Positions 24,496-35,932 of a stretch of 35,932 nt of DNA are shown here, piece after piece. The notes under the pieces were generated by a model that saw nothing but the letters and a program-made list of their open reading frames with translations, was not told where the DNA came from and did not search any database. Location of the stretch: assembly GCA_010093815.1 (NCBI GenBank), contig ML996582.1, one strand, 5' to 3'. Positions within the stretch are counted from its first letter, which is position 1. The number at the start of each line of letters is the position of its first letter. This DNA is from Pseudovirgaria hyperparasitica (Eukaryota). Position numbers and translations under genes: made by a program.

Positions 24496-26956
24496 ATGGA
24501 CACCAGTGGTCTGCGTGACCCTTTCGCCATTCAAGGAGCCTCAAGTGAGCCTAAAGGCCTCGGCGTCTCCATGTCTCCCTCTTCCAACTACGGTCTTACT
24601 TCTCCCGAGATCGATGGCTCCGGATTCCAAGCTCTCGATCCTCGCTTGACATATTCGTCGTTCGCTCCCCCCACCAACGTCATGATCAACGACGTGAAGA
24701 ATGGCCTCGGGGATGCCACGAGTGCAGCCCAAAGAGAGAGAGCACGCAGCTCTGCGCTGTTAAACGTCAATGATCCTGTTTCACTGCATCTACTGGTAGA
24801 GACAGCGATGGGCGACAGTCAAGATTACGAAATCTTATCCTATGAGGAAGTGGATACCATAAAGACAGAACTACGAGACCTCCAGCCGCGCATCGAGGCT
24901 ACATCGAGGAAACTAGCCATGGAATCTAAAGTTCGCGATGCTGCACAGTCTCTCGGTCGCCTGCACAAAAAGCAAGATGCAATTCAGAGCTCTCCTAAGC
25001 GCAACAGAAGAAGTATGAGCAATCGGTCAAGCACCAGCGGTGTAAAGTCAAATAGCGAGTGGAAGGGCGATAGTGAATTGGCTACCAGTATCAAAAAGTG
25101 CGACAATCTTTCTCAGGAACTTTGGCATCTTGAGTCAAGATGCCGCCTACTACAGACCCAACTTCTGAAGCACACTGCCGGCATCCTGCAAATGACACAC
25201 GCTGGGCCAACCAAGAAGGAGGCTATGCGATCTCCCGCGGTAGGGACGGCAAACAATGGCAGACCAGATAGCCCACAGAGCATCTATAACTATGACACGT
25301 CGCGGAAGAAGAACTCCAATCAGTTCGAGGACACATTCGACGAACGTAGCCTGTATCGATCACCCGAAAATCTGGATCACCTCATGCTTGCTTTGAAGAA
25401 TGGAACTCATCACACCCACATTGACGAATTCAACGACGGATTGGCGAGTAATCAGGCGCTCGTATCTGTAGAACAGCGGCTGGAGGATCTAAACAACCGT
25501 ATGCGAGACCTTATCGTGAAAGCAAATCCAGATCGGAACAAGGACTATGCGTCCGTCCCAACAAGATCTGTCGAGCTGCAACTAGACTACCTCGACAAGG
25601 CTCTGGGTCATATTGGCGCTGAGAACAATGAACTTCAGAAACGATCGAGGCACTCGCAAAGTGAAGTCGAAGGTAGACTTGAAGAAGCGAACAATCAACT
25701 GTGCAGTGTCATAAACAATCTACGTTCTACTGATCTCGACCCCTACCCACCTCCACCCAGAATATCAGGACGCAACATGCAAGAACAAATAACCTACTTA
25801 CAAGAGGCTCTATTTGCTCTAGAACAGGCTACCATGAGCTCGCAATCTGGCCTCGGGCATGACGCTGCGCAGTACGAGGCAACACTGTCTGGTCTATGGT
25901 CAATAATCCTCGCTGGTGAAGAAGAGGCACGGCAAAGGAAGCGACAAAGACGACAGAACATTGCGGCAAACCCAGGCGGTTTTGAGCGGGAAGAAGATCT
26001 GTCTCCTGACGAGGACGGTAATACTGACGAAGCGTTCACGCTACAAGCCTTTTCGGCAAAGGTCCAGTGGCTTTATAGTCGAGCCTCGAATCTCAAGGAG
26101 CAGCAAAGTATACTCCGCCGACAGATTCGGCAGCAACGCGAACTCAATAACAAGACTGATGCGCAGACTGAGGAAAACACAGGCCAGCTCCACGCTCGTA
26201 TCGAAGACCTCGAATCCGAACTTACTCACATGCGTGACGACTCGCGAATAGAAGCATCCGAAATGCAAGCCAGTCTTCATGAGGCTTCAGAACGTATCGA
26301 GCAGTTGTCTGCTGACCTTCGTCAAGCTACCGACGACCGAGAGGCGAAAGACATGGAACTTCGTGATCTCGAGGGTGAGGTAGTGCGATTACAGACTGAA
26401 GTCACCATCGCTAGGGCAGACCTCGACGGCGCTTACGGAACTCGTGCTCAACGCGCAGCCGAAGTTGCCTCAAATCCTGAAATCAAGCGCGAGCTTGAGG
26501 AACTCAAGCAGAACGAGCGTGTGCTAAAAGAGGAACTCAAGGGCATGGCGGCCGAATACGAGGCCTTAACTCGCGACAGCATTCAGAATGAAAAGGACCG
26601 CGATGGCCTCGAAGCTCTTATCGACTCGCTGAGAAACGAGAAAGAGAGGTTGGAGCTCGATCTGAGTGACGAAAGGGTGCGATGGCTAGGCGCGCGCAGC
26701 CCAGGTGCTGGACCGACAGGGATCGAAATGACTAGTGTGAGGATGATGAGAGAAGACTTCAAGAAGATGATGAGGGAGAAGACTACGGAGGCTTTGAAAG
26801 CCTTGCGTGTAAGTTCATCCCCCGAAGCCACGTTCACCGCTAATCATTTGTCAGGCCGAACAAGAAGAACGACGAAAACTAGAAGCGCTCGTGCGCCAAC
26901 TACGAAAGGGCTCAGAACCTCCTAAATCAGGTCTCAGTCACAGCATGACCGCCTAA
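24496..26956 (+). CDS. Up-regulated-during-septation (Uds1) domain coiled-coil protein, about 804 aa, 2 exons
   Basis: LLNVNDPVSLHLLVETAMGDSQDYEILSYEEVD...KVRDAAQSLGRL...LLKHTAGILQMTH resembles the fungal Uds1 domain; long heptad-rich C-terminus. Exons 24496-26808 and 26855-26956; intron 26809-26854 (GTAAGT...GCTAAT...CAG) yields ALKALR/AEQEERRKLEALVRQLRK...SMTA*. Start codon uncertain. Confidence 0.82.
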
Positions 26957-29088
26957 TAACAATTTAACCTTACACAAGTACCCGGCCTTGAGACTTTCGC
27001 CACGATCTATACTGCAAAGTATAGCACAAAACTTTTATGCATGCATGCTGTTCAGCGATGGTGTTTTGGATAGCCGCGGTTGACTCAGCCACTTTCATTA
27101 TTACCTTCCTGTACCTACTTTTTCAATTTAAGGGGGCATATATCAATAACACATACAAGGGTACATCATTGTCCACACCATAGTGGAATTAGCCTGCCAT
27201 CTAATCAATCAATTCTTATGCTCTAGCGACCCGGCGTTCGCACCGGTAACTATTGAGGAACTGTTCCTTCCCGCCTGGCTACGTCCGCGATAGTAATTGA
27301 TTTATCTACAAGTACGGTCACTAAGTGCCTCCTCCACTACGCAAACAAGAACGATCTAACGAAAGCCAAATCAAAAATGTTTATATCCATGGATTTCATA
27401 GCCTCAGCCTCGTCCACGCCGAGTGGCATCATGCATCATGCCCTCGGCTTTTCACATAGCAATATTTGATGGTTACTCGATGCACAGCTACGCACAGCAA
27501 TACTAGATACCGGGAACTGAGTGGCAGGCATCTTGAAATTTTTTAGGCTTCTCGCAGTCTACGAGTCGTTCATCTGGGTGCTCTCTACCTAGTATAACAA
27601 CCAGTAAGTGGTACTGCACATCTAGTGTTAGTGCCAAGTCTCGATAATCGCGATTTTAGAGTAAAATCGTGTCTCTCTCCGTACAACTATAAGTCTGCTG
27701 ACTGCGCGCAGGTCACTTTATCACATATTCTCAACATTCAAATGACAATTGTGTTTGCTACATTGGCAATACTCCTGCGCGAGTGTACCCGAGGTATCTT
27801 ACGGGCAGCTACACAGTGGTATTACAATCAAACTTCATTCGCGTGTGTTAGACTGCTAGCCTTGCTGAGTGATTTAATGGCCTCCACTGAAATTGCCGAC
27901 CGACTTCCTAATATGGTATACTAGAACTACCCTCAGCAGTGCTCTTTTCCAATTGAACCGTCACGTACCCCGTTGAGGATGACCAGAAGACAATAATGCC
28001 TGTGTCCAGATGTGAAGCATTTAATTGGTCCGGGGTCGTAGGTATGGTTATCCTTGCAATTTTCACAATAGTGGTGGAGAAGTGGACGTGAAGGTCGGAG
28101 TTGAGGCAGGTAAGACAGTGATATGAGTACCAACAGCCCGATCTAGATCTTTGGCGACAGTCTAAGCAGGATACAGAGGATGACAGATTAGATAGTCAGG
28201 AATGGGTGAAGCGAGCGGAGGTGCCATGAGCTAGACTTGCTCTTACACACAAGTGAGAATGTTCAAATTATTTGGTGAGATGTATTATGCCTGAATTCTT
28301 TCCATCAGAGGCGCGCTCAACTTGTCCATAACACAACAAGATTCTGCATTCACTATTCTTAGGAACAGCACAAACTCTATGTGTTCCTAAGTGGATATGA
28401 GAACGTATCTCTAGCCATATATAGTTTCGGGAATTTCGAATTCTTTCAGTCACTGTCACTACTGCCCCCGTGGTATAGAGACATCAACGATGGATAAAAA
28501 AGCGCAGTTTGTTACGGCTTTCTCGATTCCCCGAAGGTCGCAAGTTCGACCCGCGCGATATATGAGTTTTGTTTTGCAAATTTTCTCGGCTGACCTCCAT
28601 TTTTCAGATCAATTGGTTTTGACTGTGGCTGAACTAGCCCATTTGTGCTGTGTATTCATTCGTCTCCAGCTTGTTACGATCGGTTCCACATGAACAAGAA
28701 GATACGAATCTCTACACCTGTCTTTCTCTGATTCAGCTACGCAGCGACGCGTGAAACATACAGGCTAATCACTTGTTTTGGGTGTGGTAGGCTTTTAGCA
28801 CTACGAGCACAAGGCGCTCAGGCTTGTGATATCTCAACCCCTGTCTGAATCCCTTGGTTCGTCAGAAACAGCCAGCCACATATATTGACGACTGTGAAGC
28901 TTTTGAACTATGTGTTGAGCTCTGGTATTGAAGGTGTTCATGGTCGTCAGGATGATTGGGCAGCTAATATGCCACAAGATCACGTTGATGACAGGGCCTA
29001 TGACTTGTCCCCTCCATATCTATATTTTCCATCGTCATACTATTCAAGTCACATATATGTACGCCGTTGTTCTTTATAATCTACCATT

Positions 29089-30422
29089 ATGGCCACCCCT
29101 CAACCTAATCTGCATAAGCGACAAAAAGTAGACGTTACCTCACTACAAGGAAACAAGATAGCTTCCGATATAGGAGAGAGTGATTCGAAGAAGCTACGTG
29201 CTAGAAGATTCGATACAATCTACAAGAACTGGAACCTCACAGAAGAGAAATTGCAGAGCCACTTCGCAGAAGATGACGCATGCCAATCTTCACATGGTAC
29301 GCTCCTCAAACAAGTCAGAGACTGGCCGCAGAGATTTTTAGAGAAAATCGCCACGCTCTCTGGCAAGATCAGTGATATCTCCACGGCTAAGGCTTTACTA
29401 TGTCAGGAGAGGGCGATGCGACGTGTCTACGAACAAGCGAATGGACTATCCCAGTATGGTCGCTACAATGAGATAGGCTTTAAAACCTTAGAAGTTGAGC
29501 AAGTTTTGCTCAAATTGAAAAGAGCAGAAGCAATCGTTGCCGGAAATGATGGCCGGATGTGTTCAAACGACCCATGTGAAAATAAAGCTGCCCAACGGCC
29601 TTCAATCGTCCAATCGCCCGCGTTGCACGTTCGCGATAGCCCGAGATCGAAAGATATTGTAAGGATCAATGAGATACCGAGTCTAGGTTCTCCGGGTCTA
29701 CAAGAGACGCCAACGGCGCAAAACAACCCTACGAGCTTCTCGACTGCATATAACCCACAACAGTCCTTTGCTTTCAGCTCAGCATCAGCCTTGTTCCCTT
29801 CAGTACTACAATCATCAACGGATATTTCCAGCTTTCACAGTACTGGAGATAGCCGCTTCGAAGGGGAGGATGAGTTTTTGAGCATGGTCGACTTTGACGG
29901 CAATGCAAATCATCACATATATGACTCACAGGGTTGGCAGAGTGATACGCGTGGGTTCAAGCCGGTGCCGCAGTCTCAGAAAAACATGCTAGCCCTCCCT
30001 TCCCCCATTCGAACGACGACCCCAGGGCTTAACGCCAAGACCGGTCACCAACGAACGATGACCTACACGCCAACCTCGCAGCTACCAATTTAGAAGATTC
30101 TACTGATGACACAGCGATCAACAGGGTTTCGGCCGTAGAGCTCGCTCAGCATGCTATCGGGAATTCGTTCTTTCGGTCTACATCAATGGCGAAGCGCAAA
30201 CTTGAATCGATGCGCGATATGTTTGAGGATGGCGACTGTGACTTAACTGCAGACATGGACGCGTCAGAAATGCGTTCCATGATCGAATATTGTGCGGCAA
30301 TCGAGAGCTACGAACGTGGAAAGGAGGATAACAGGCCACGTTTGGTAAAACAGGCGAAGTCGCAAATGGCGAAACTTTGGCTTCGTGAGAGGTTGAGACT
30401 GGAACACGGGGTTGAGATGTGA
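29089..30422 (+). CDS. Hypothetical (orphan-like) protein, probably 2 exons, about 410 aa
   Basis: 334-aa ORF from 29089 plus a second frame open from 30033 to 30422. A phase-1 intron (donor GTTGGC 29933 or GTGGGT 29951; branch GCTTAAC about 30027; acceptor AAG 30039, alternative CAG 30114) joins them in frame. No family recognised. Confidence 0.55.
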
Positions 30423-31062
30423 GGTGTCGCGGGATAATAAACGGCCTGATTACTGGGCCAGCTCACATTACAGAAGGATTGATGATTGACGATATACACG
30501 AGGGTGTGCGGTCTCTGGGTTATATGCACGAAAGACTTCTTTATTGGCCACACGTTCTGCGGTTTACCCCTAGACTGTTGCTTGCACACGAACAATTTTC
30601 TTGAAAGAGTCCATGAAACGGTCTTTGAGCCCCATATAGAATTCTCCCAATACATCTATTTTATTGTTCAGTGCATTCTTGCCTGTGGTTATCAATATAC
30701 TATGTTGGCATATCGATTTGCGTAAACTAAGAATTAAATCGCAGCACTGACTTGTACGTTGATGAGCTTTCTAGTTCATAGTGTACAATCTTGAGCCTAG
30801 GCTAGATTCATAATGTAAAGGCGAAGGAAATATTACGCTGTGACTTCGACGATCCAATATACTATTGCACTGACGAGAAAGCTCCAAGGTCGTTGAACGG
30901 CCTCGGTAGCGGAGAAACTTAACCCCGCAGCTATCTCTATGACCAAACCCTGGAAGCTCTAGGCAAGCTATGCAGAGCCATCAAGTCAGGAGCCTTATCA
31001 ACGTTGTCATCATTTAGGAAGAGCTGTCGCCACTTTCAAGCTCTTCCACGACATTCGCCGCT

Positions 31063-33816
31063 ATGGCACCGCATAAAGATACTCTGTTCCGCTCGGCGGA
31101 CATGAGTCTGACCCAGCTGTACATTGCCAATGAGATCGGAAGGGAGGTTGTGAGTGCTTTGGGCGAGCTCGGGGTGATGGATTTTAGAGACGTGAGTTTG
31201 TCTAGCAAATTAACAGCAACATAGGCTCTATTTATACTATCGAGCACTCCAGAAAGACGGCTGACAATGATGCCTACAGCTCAACGCCGAGACTACTGCT
31301 TTCCAACGTACCTTTACCCAAGAGATTCGCCGCCTAGACAATGTCGAAAGACAACTACGTTATTTCCATAGCCAGATGGAGAAGTCAGACATAGCTATGC
31401 GTTCCATTTATGATTTTAATAATATACTGGCTGCGCCATCTGCGTCGGAGATTGATGAGCTGACTGATCGAAGTCAAGGACTGGAGGCAAGAATCACGGG
31501 ACTGAATGACAGTTATGAGACACTCAAGAAAAGAGAAATGGAGCTCACAGAATGGAGATGGGTGCTGAGAGAGGCTGGAGGCTTCTTCGATCGTGCTCGT
31601 GGCCAGACCGAAGAGATTCAACAGCGAACTTCAGAGGATAACGATGACGCACCGCTCCTCCGTGACATGGAACAACACACCGAGCAAGCTGAGCAATCCT
31701 TTTCTGTGATGAATATAGGCTTTGTTGCTGGCGTAATTCCACGGGAGCGGATGGCGGCGTTTGAGCGAATTCTGTGGAGGACCCTGCGTGGTAACCTCTA
31801 CATGAATCAGTCGGAGATCCCCGAGCAGATCATTAATCCAGAGACCAATGAAGGCGTGAATAAGAACGTCTTTATAATATTTGCGCACGGAAAGGAAATC
31901 ATCGCCAAGATCCGCAAGATCTCAGAATCCCTCGGGGCGGACCTCTACAGCGTCGACGAGAACAGTGAGCTTCGGAGAGACCAACTTCACGAGGTAAACA
32001 CACGCTTGAATGACCTCGCCAGCGTACTTCGCAACACCAAGCAGACTCTTGATGCTGAACTTACACAAATCGGTCGCAGTCTCGCTGCCTGGATGGTTGT
32101 TGTCAAGAAGGAGAAGGCTGTCTACGAGACCCTGAATAGATTTTCTTATGACCAACAGCGCAAAACACTCATTGCGGAGGCTTGGTGTCCTACTAGCTCT
32201 CTCGGTTTGATAAAGTCTACTCTCCAAGACGTCAATGACCGTGCCGGGCTGTCGGTGCCTACTATCGTCAATCAGATTCGAACTTCTAAGACGCCACCAA
32301 CATACGTCAAAACTAACAAATTTACGCTCGCCTTTCAAACCATCATTGATGCTTACGGTACTGCGAAATACTCCGAAATCAATCCCGGGCTACCCACCAT
32401 CGTTACCTTTCCTTTCTTGTTTGCCGTCATGTTCGGTGACTTCGGTCACGGAATGCTTATGACCTTTGCCGCACTTGCTATGATCTACTGGGAGAAGTCG
32501 CTCTCACGCGGCAAGCTTGATGAACTTTTCTCGATGGCATTTTACGGCCGCTATATCATGCTGATGATGGGTATATTCTCCATGTACACCGGTCTCATCT
32601 ACTGCGACGCCTTCTCCAAGGAATTGCCTATTTTCCCGTCCATGTGGAAATGGCCCGAGGGTGCTGAAGAAGGACAATCCGTAACCGCAATCCGGGAGAA
32701 CGGCTATACTTACCCCTTTGGACTGGATTGGATGTGGCACGGTACCGAAAACGACCTCCTCTTCTCAAACAGCTACAAGATGAAGCTCAGTATTCTCATG
32801 GGATGGGCACATATGACTTTTTCACTCTGCTTGTCGTATGTTAACGCTCGCCACTTCAAGTCGCCCATCGACATTTGGGGAAATTTCATTCCTGGCATGA
32901 TATTCTTTCAGTCCATCTTTGGTTACCTGACTTGGGCAATAATATACAAGTGGTCTGTCGACTGGGTTTCCATCGATAAGAACCCGCCCAGTCTGCTCAA
33001 CATGCTTATTTACATGTTCTTGCAGCCCGGAACACTCGAAGACCAGCTCTACTCAGGGCAAGCAACGTTGCAAATTATTCTCGTTCTTCTCGCGTTGGTA
33101 TGTGTCCCAATAATGCTGTTCTTGAAGCCGTTTTACCTTCGTTGGGAGCACAACAAGGCCCGGGCCATGGGATACCGTGGCATCGGAGAAACTACTCGTG
33201 TCTCGGCTTTGGACGATGATGATGATGATGAAGAGAGCACAACGCTTAATGGTGGACGTGACAGTTACGCTGACGATGAGGACGGCGTCGCGCTGATCAC
33301 CCAGGACATTGGCCATGGTGAGGAGCACGAAGAATTCGAATTCAGCGAGGTCATGATACACCAAGTCATTCACACTATCGGTAGGTCAGATTCCTTCCGC
33401 AATTGCTCATGATTAACAGAAATAGAATTCTGTTTGAATTGTGTCTCTCATACCGCCTCCTACCTTCGGTTATGGGCTTTGTCGCTAGCCCATCAACGTC
33501 TTTCTATTGTACTTTGGGACATGACCATGAAGATTGCTTTCGGCTACAGCGGTGCTGTTGGGATTGTCATGATTGTCGTCCTATTCTACCTCTGGTTCTT
33601 GCTAACCATCATGGTTTTGTGTGTCATGGAAGGTACTAGTGCCATGTTACACTCACTGCGACTGCACTGGGTGGAAGCCATGAGCAAGCATTTCATAGGA
33701 GACGGCGTAAGTGATTCCATCTAGTGACGTGGGCGTAGCATAATACTAACCTAATACAGGTTGCGTTCGAACCTTTCAGCTTCAAAGTTCTGTTGGAAGA
33801 GGATCCTGTCGAATAG
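31063..33816 (+). CDS. VPH1: V-type proton ATPase V0 subunit a, about 855 aa, 4 exons
   Basis: Exons 31063-31191, 31280-33380, 33426-33706, 33760-33816; introns GTGAGT..CAG, GTAGGT..TAG, GTAAGT..CAG. Motifs [68 protein letters not shown] (essential Arg) and [10 protein letters not shown]. Confidence 0.97.
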
Positions 33817-34798
33817 TTAGTCGCAATACTGTGACTTGTCCTGTGTTTTATTATATAGTGTAAAGTGTATGATAGGAATCCAACGTAACACCCGTCGTTC
33901 TATTGAGCAAGTTTTCAACACAGCCTGGACATGTGCGATCATTCAAGAATTTTGAAGTCCGTCACACTGGTATTGACATAGCATGAGTGCGCCCAATGCA
34001 TAGTGAGAATTATGACTGACATGATATGGCAGAGAAAATCTGGCCCTCTAACCATGTTCAGAGTCTGCTCTTCATAGATGGACTGATTCATCAGAGGTGG
34101 AGGTTCTTTTTCCAAGATTGCTCTGATATGAGTCCTTGTCAGACTGTAAGCCTTGTCGAGTGGCCTCCTTTTTCAGTTGTAAATTCTGCCTTCTTCATCT
34201 ATACCTAATCGTACTGAGGGTAGCGGTGTTACCGATGGGTCATAACTCACAGCCCAGTATGTCCCCGTCACCTCAATTCCGATCCTGTCGCCAAACCTTA
34301 TCGCAGTGCCATGGCCTCTTTATTCTCGTCCTCAGGGCCGTCCTCCGCAACTATATTTAGATTTTTCATCATTCAAATCAGTATCGACAAGCTCTAATCG
34401 CCGATATGCCCAAAAGTTGGATTTGCGTATAGCCCGATTCCAAGAGCAAGTATAACGAGCATCAATAGGATTCCGTGAGACAGGTATAGGTTACATAACG
34501 AAAGTCGGGCTGTCAACAAGGCCGGAGCAATGAGATTATAAACCAGGAGAAGCCTATGCATTGAACGAGTAGGTAATAAAACCTTCTGTGACATATTAGC
34601 CAACCTTACTGAACCAGTAGCGTTGGATGTGATGCAACTTTTATAAACGCTTCAATGTTCCAGAAACAGCATGCACACCCCTTGTACTGTCCAGTACTCT
34701 CACAATGCTCTTAAAGAATCGATGTTTGATGGAGGGACGAGTGAACCACTTGCAACTGTGCAGCACGATTGCGCCAGCAATGCCAATGTAATGCCAAT

Positions 34799-35260
34799 CA
34801 GACGTGAGCATATACAATCGGATACAATCCAAGGTCCTAGATTAGGATTGTATGATTAGTCACTCTAAAAGTACGGATTAAGCTTGGAATCTATACTAAG
34901 GGATTAAGATTAATTGTGTTAGATTAAATAAAGTAGGGTATATACCTATATATAGCCCGGGGCCCTATCTTAGGCCATATTTAGGTATTAATTCTGCCTA
35001 AGGCCTATACTTTAGCCTTAGGCTCTAATATAGTAGCCTTAGGCAGAAATGATGCCTAAATATGGCCTAGGATAGGGCCCGCGGCTATATATAGGTATAT
35101 ATCCCACTTTATTTAATCTAACACAATCAATCTAACTAATCGGATTGAGATTATACCGTCTTAGCAATCATTTTGAGGCGTGGATTGAGCTTGTATTCTC
35201 TATTAAAATTTTGGCCCAGATTGAGATTGCACAGATTCGGATTGTATATGCCCATCTCTG
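34799..35260. mobile_element. Non-autonomous hAT-type DNA transposon (MITE), 462 bp
   Basis: Perfect 8-bp TSD ATGCCAAT at 34791-34798 and 35261-35268. 24-bp TIRs: left CAGACGTGAGCATATACAATCGGA (34799-34822) versus reverse complement of right CAGAGATGGGCATATACAATCCGA (35237-35260), 4 mismatches. Many subterminal GATT/AATC motifs; no coding capacity. Confidence 0.88.
34907..35133. repeat. Long inverted repeat (98-bp arms, 31-bp spacer) inside the hAT MITE
   Basis: Arm 34907-35004 aligns without gaps to the reverse complement of 35036-35133 with 9 mismatches. Confidence 0.95.
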
Positions 35261-35932
35261 ATGCCAATTGTGATGGCCCACTTCTATGAGCCTCCTCGTT
35301 GATCACAGCCGGTTACAAAGCGTGGTAACATGCATACATGATGAAACGTCGCACAGAACGTGCATGCCAGAAAGATACCAACTATCTGGACCCAGGGTGA
35401 CTGATCCATTGACAGCACTAGCTAGTGCAGTTCTTTGGCTACTCTCTTTTAGAGAGCTGACACTATTTCACAATGCCTATTGTGAAGAGCTCTGAGATTC
35501 GATGTGTCAGGAAAATATGACCGTAATGGCGCAGAACGCTATAGGCACGCCTGAGCTACAAAAAACGAAACACCAGAGACATACCTACAACTAGTCAAGC
35601 TGCATGCATCTGAGGTGAGAAAATTATTGAATGAAGTTGTTGTATTAGAGAAAGAGTTGAGTCTCTAGGAGACAGTTTAAGTACAAAGTGCTAAGTGCTA
35701 GCGTTCCATATGAGAGTAGTTCCTTCCACAAAAATAGCACGGTGCCTAGACAAAGGTGTGAAATATAATGTCTCACCTTAGTGGTTCCGACAAGCACTAC
35801 GAAACTCTTTATTGCTGACTAAATTTTAACATCTTTGACATCTTTGACATAAACAAGTAATTTCTCATGTGATTTGCTACTTGGTTCTTGTAAACTTAAC
35901 CTCTACTATATCTAATAAGTTTATATAAGGTA

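Noticed and set aside
27830..28133. Minus-strand Cys/His-containing fragment HYCENCKDNH...GHRHYC with an intron-like GTACGT...TAG
   Set aside because: No ATG or coherent upstream exon found, and the spliced continuation is not protein-like.
1..35932. CRISPR arrays, tRNA/rRNA genes, biosynthetic gene cluster, prokaryotic systems
   Set aside because: Sequence is fungal nuclear DNA; no repeat-spacer array, cloverleaf, rRNA or PKS/NRPS signatures seen. The co-location of endomembrane genes (ERG27, VPS13, VPH1) is not evidence of a functional cluster.

Overview
Eukaryotic, intron-containing DNA from a filamentous ascomycete (Pezizomycotina; Dothideomycete-like by gene style, which is inference). 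Introns are short (45-90 nt) with GT...CTRAY...YAG signals. Six conserved housekeeping genes can be modelled exon by exon: ERG27 (+), VPS13 (-), EMI1 (+), cytosolic HSP70 (-), a Uds1-domain coiled-coil protein (+) and V-ATPase subunit a VPH1 (+). There is also an orphan gene at 29089-30422. Not visible in the ORF track: (1) a three-exon 66-aa Cys/His microprotein gene at 2053-2381; (2) a complete 462-bp non-autonomous hAT-type element with 24-bp TIRs, a perfect 8-bp target-site duplication and an internal 98-bp-arm palindrome carrying RIP-type mutations (34799-35260); (3) a strongly RIP-mutated AT island at about 370-860; (4) a 2.6-kb hairpin-rich gap between the convergent ERG27 and VPS13 genes with a telomere-template-like TAACCCTA directly behind a helix, offered as a speculative telomerase-RNA/long ncRNA candidate. 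No database search or folding program was run; all pairings and splices were read by eye.
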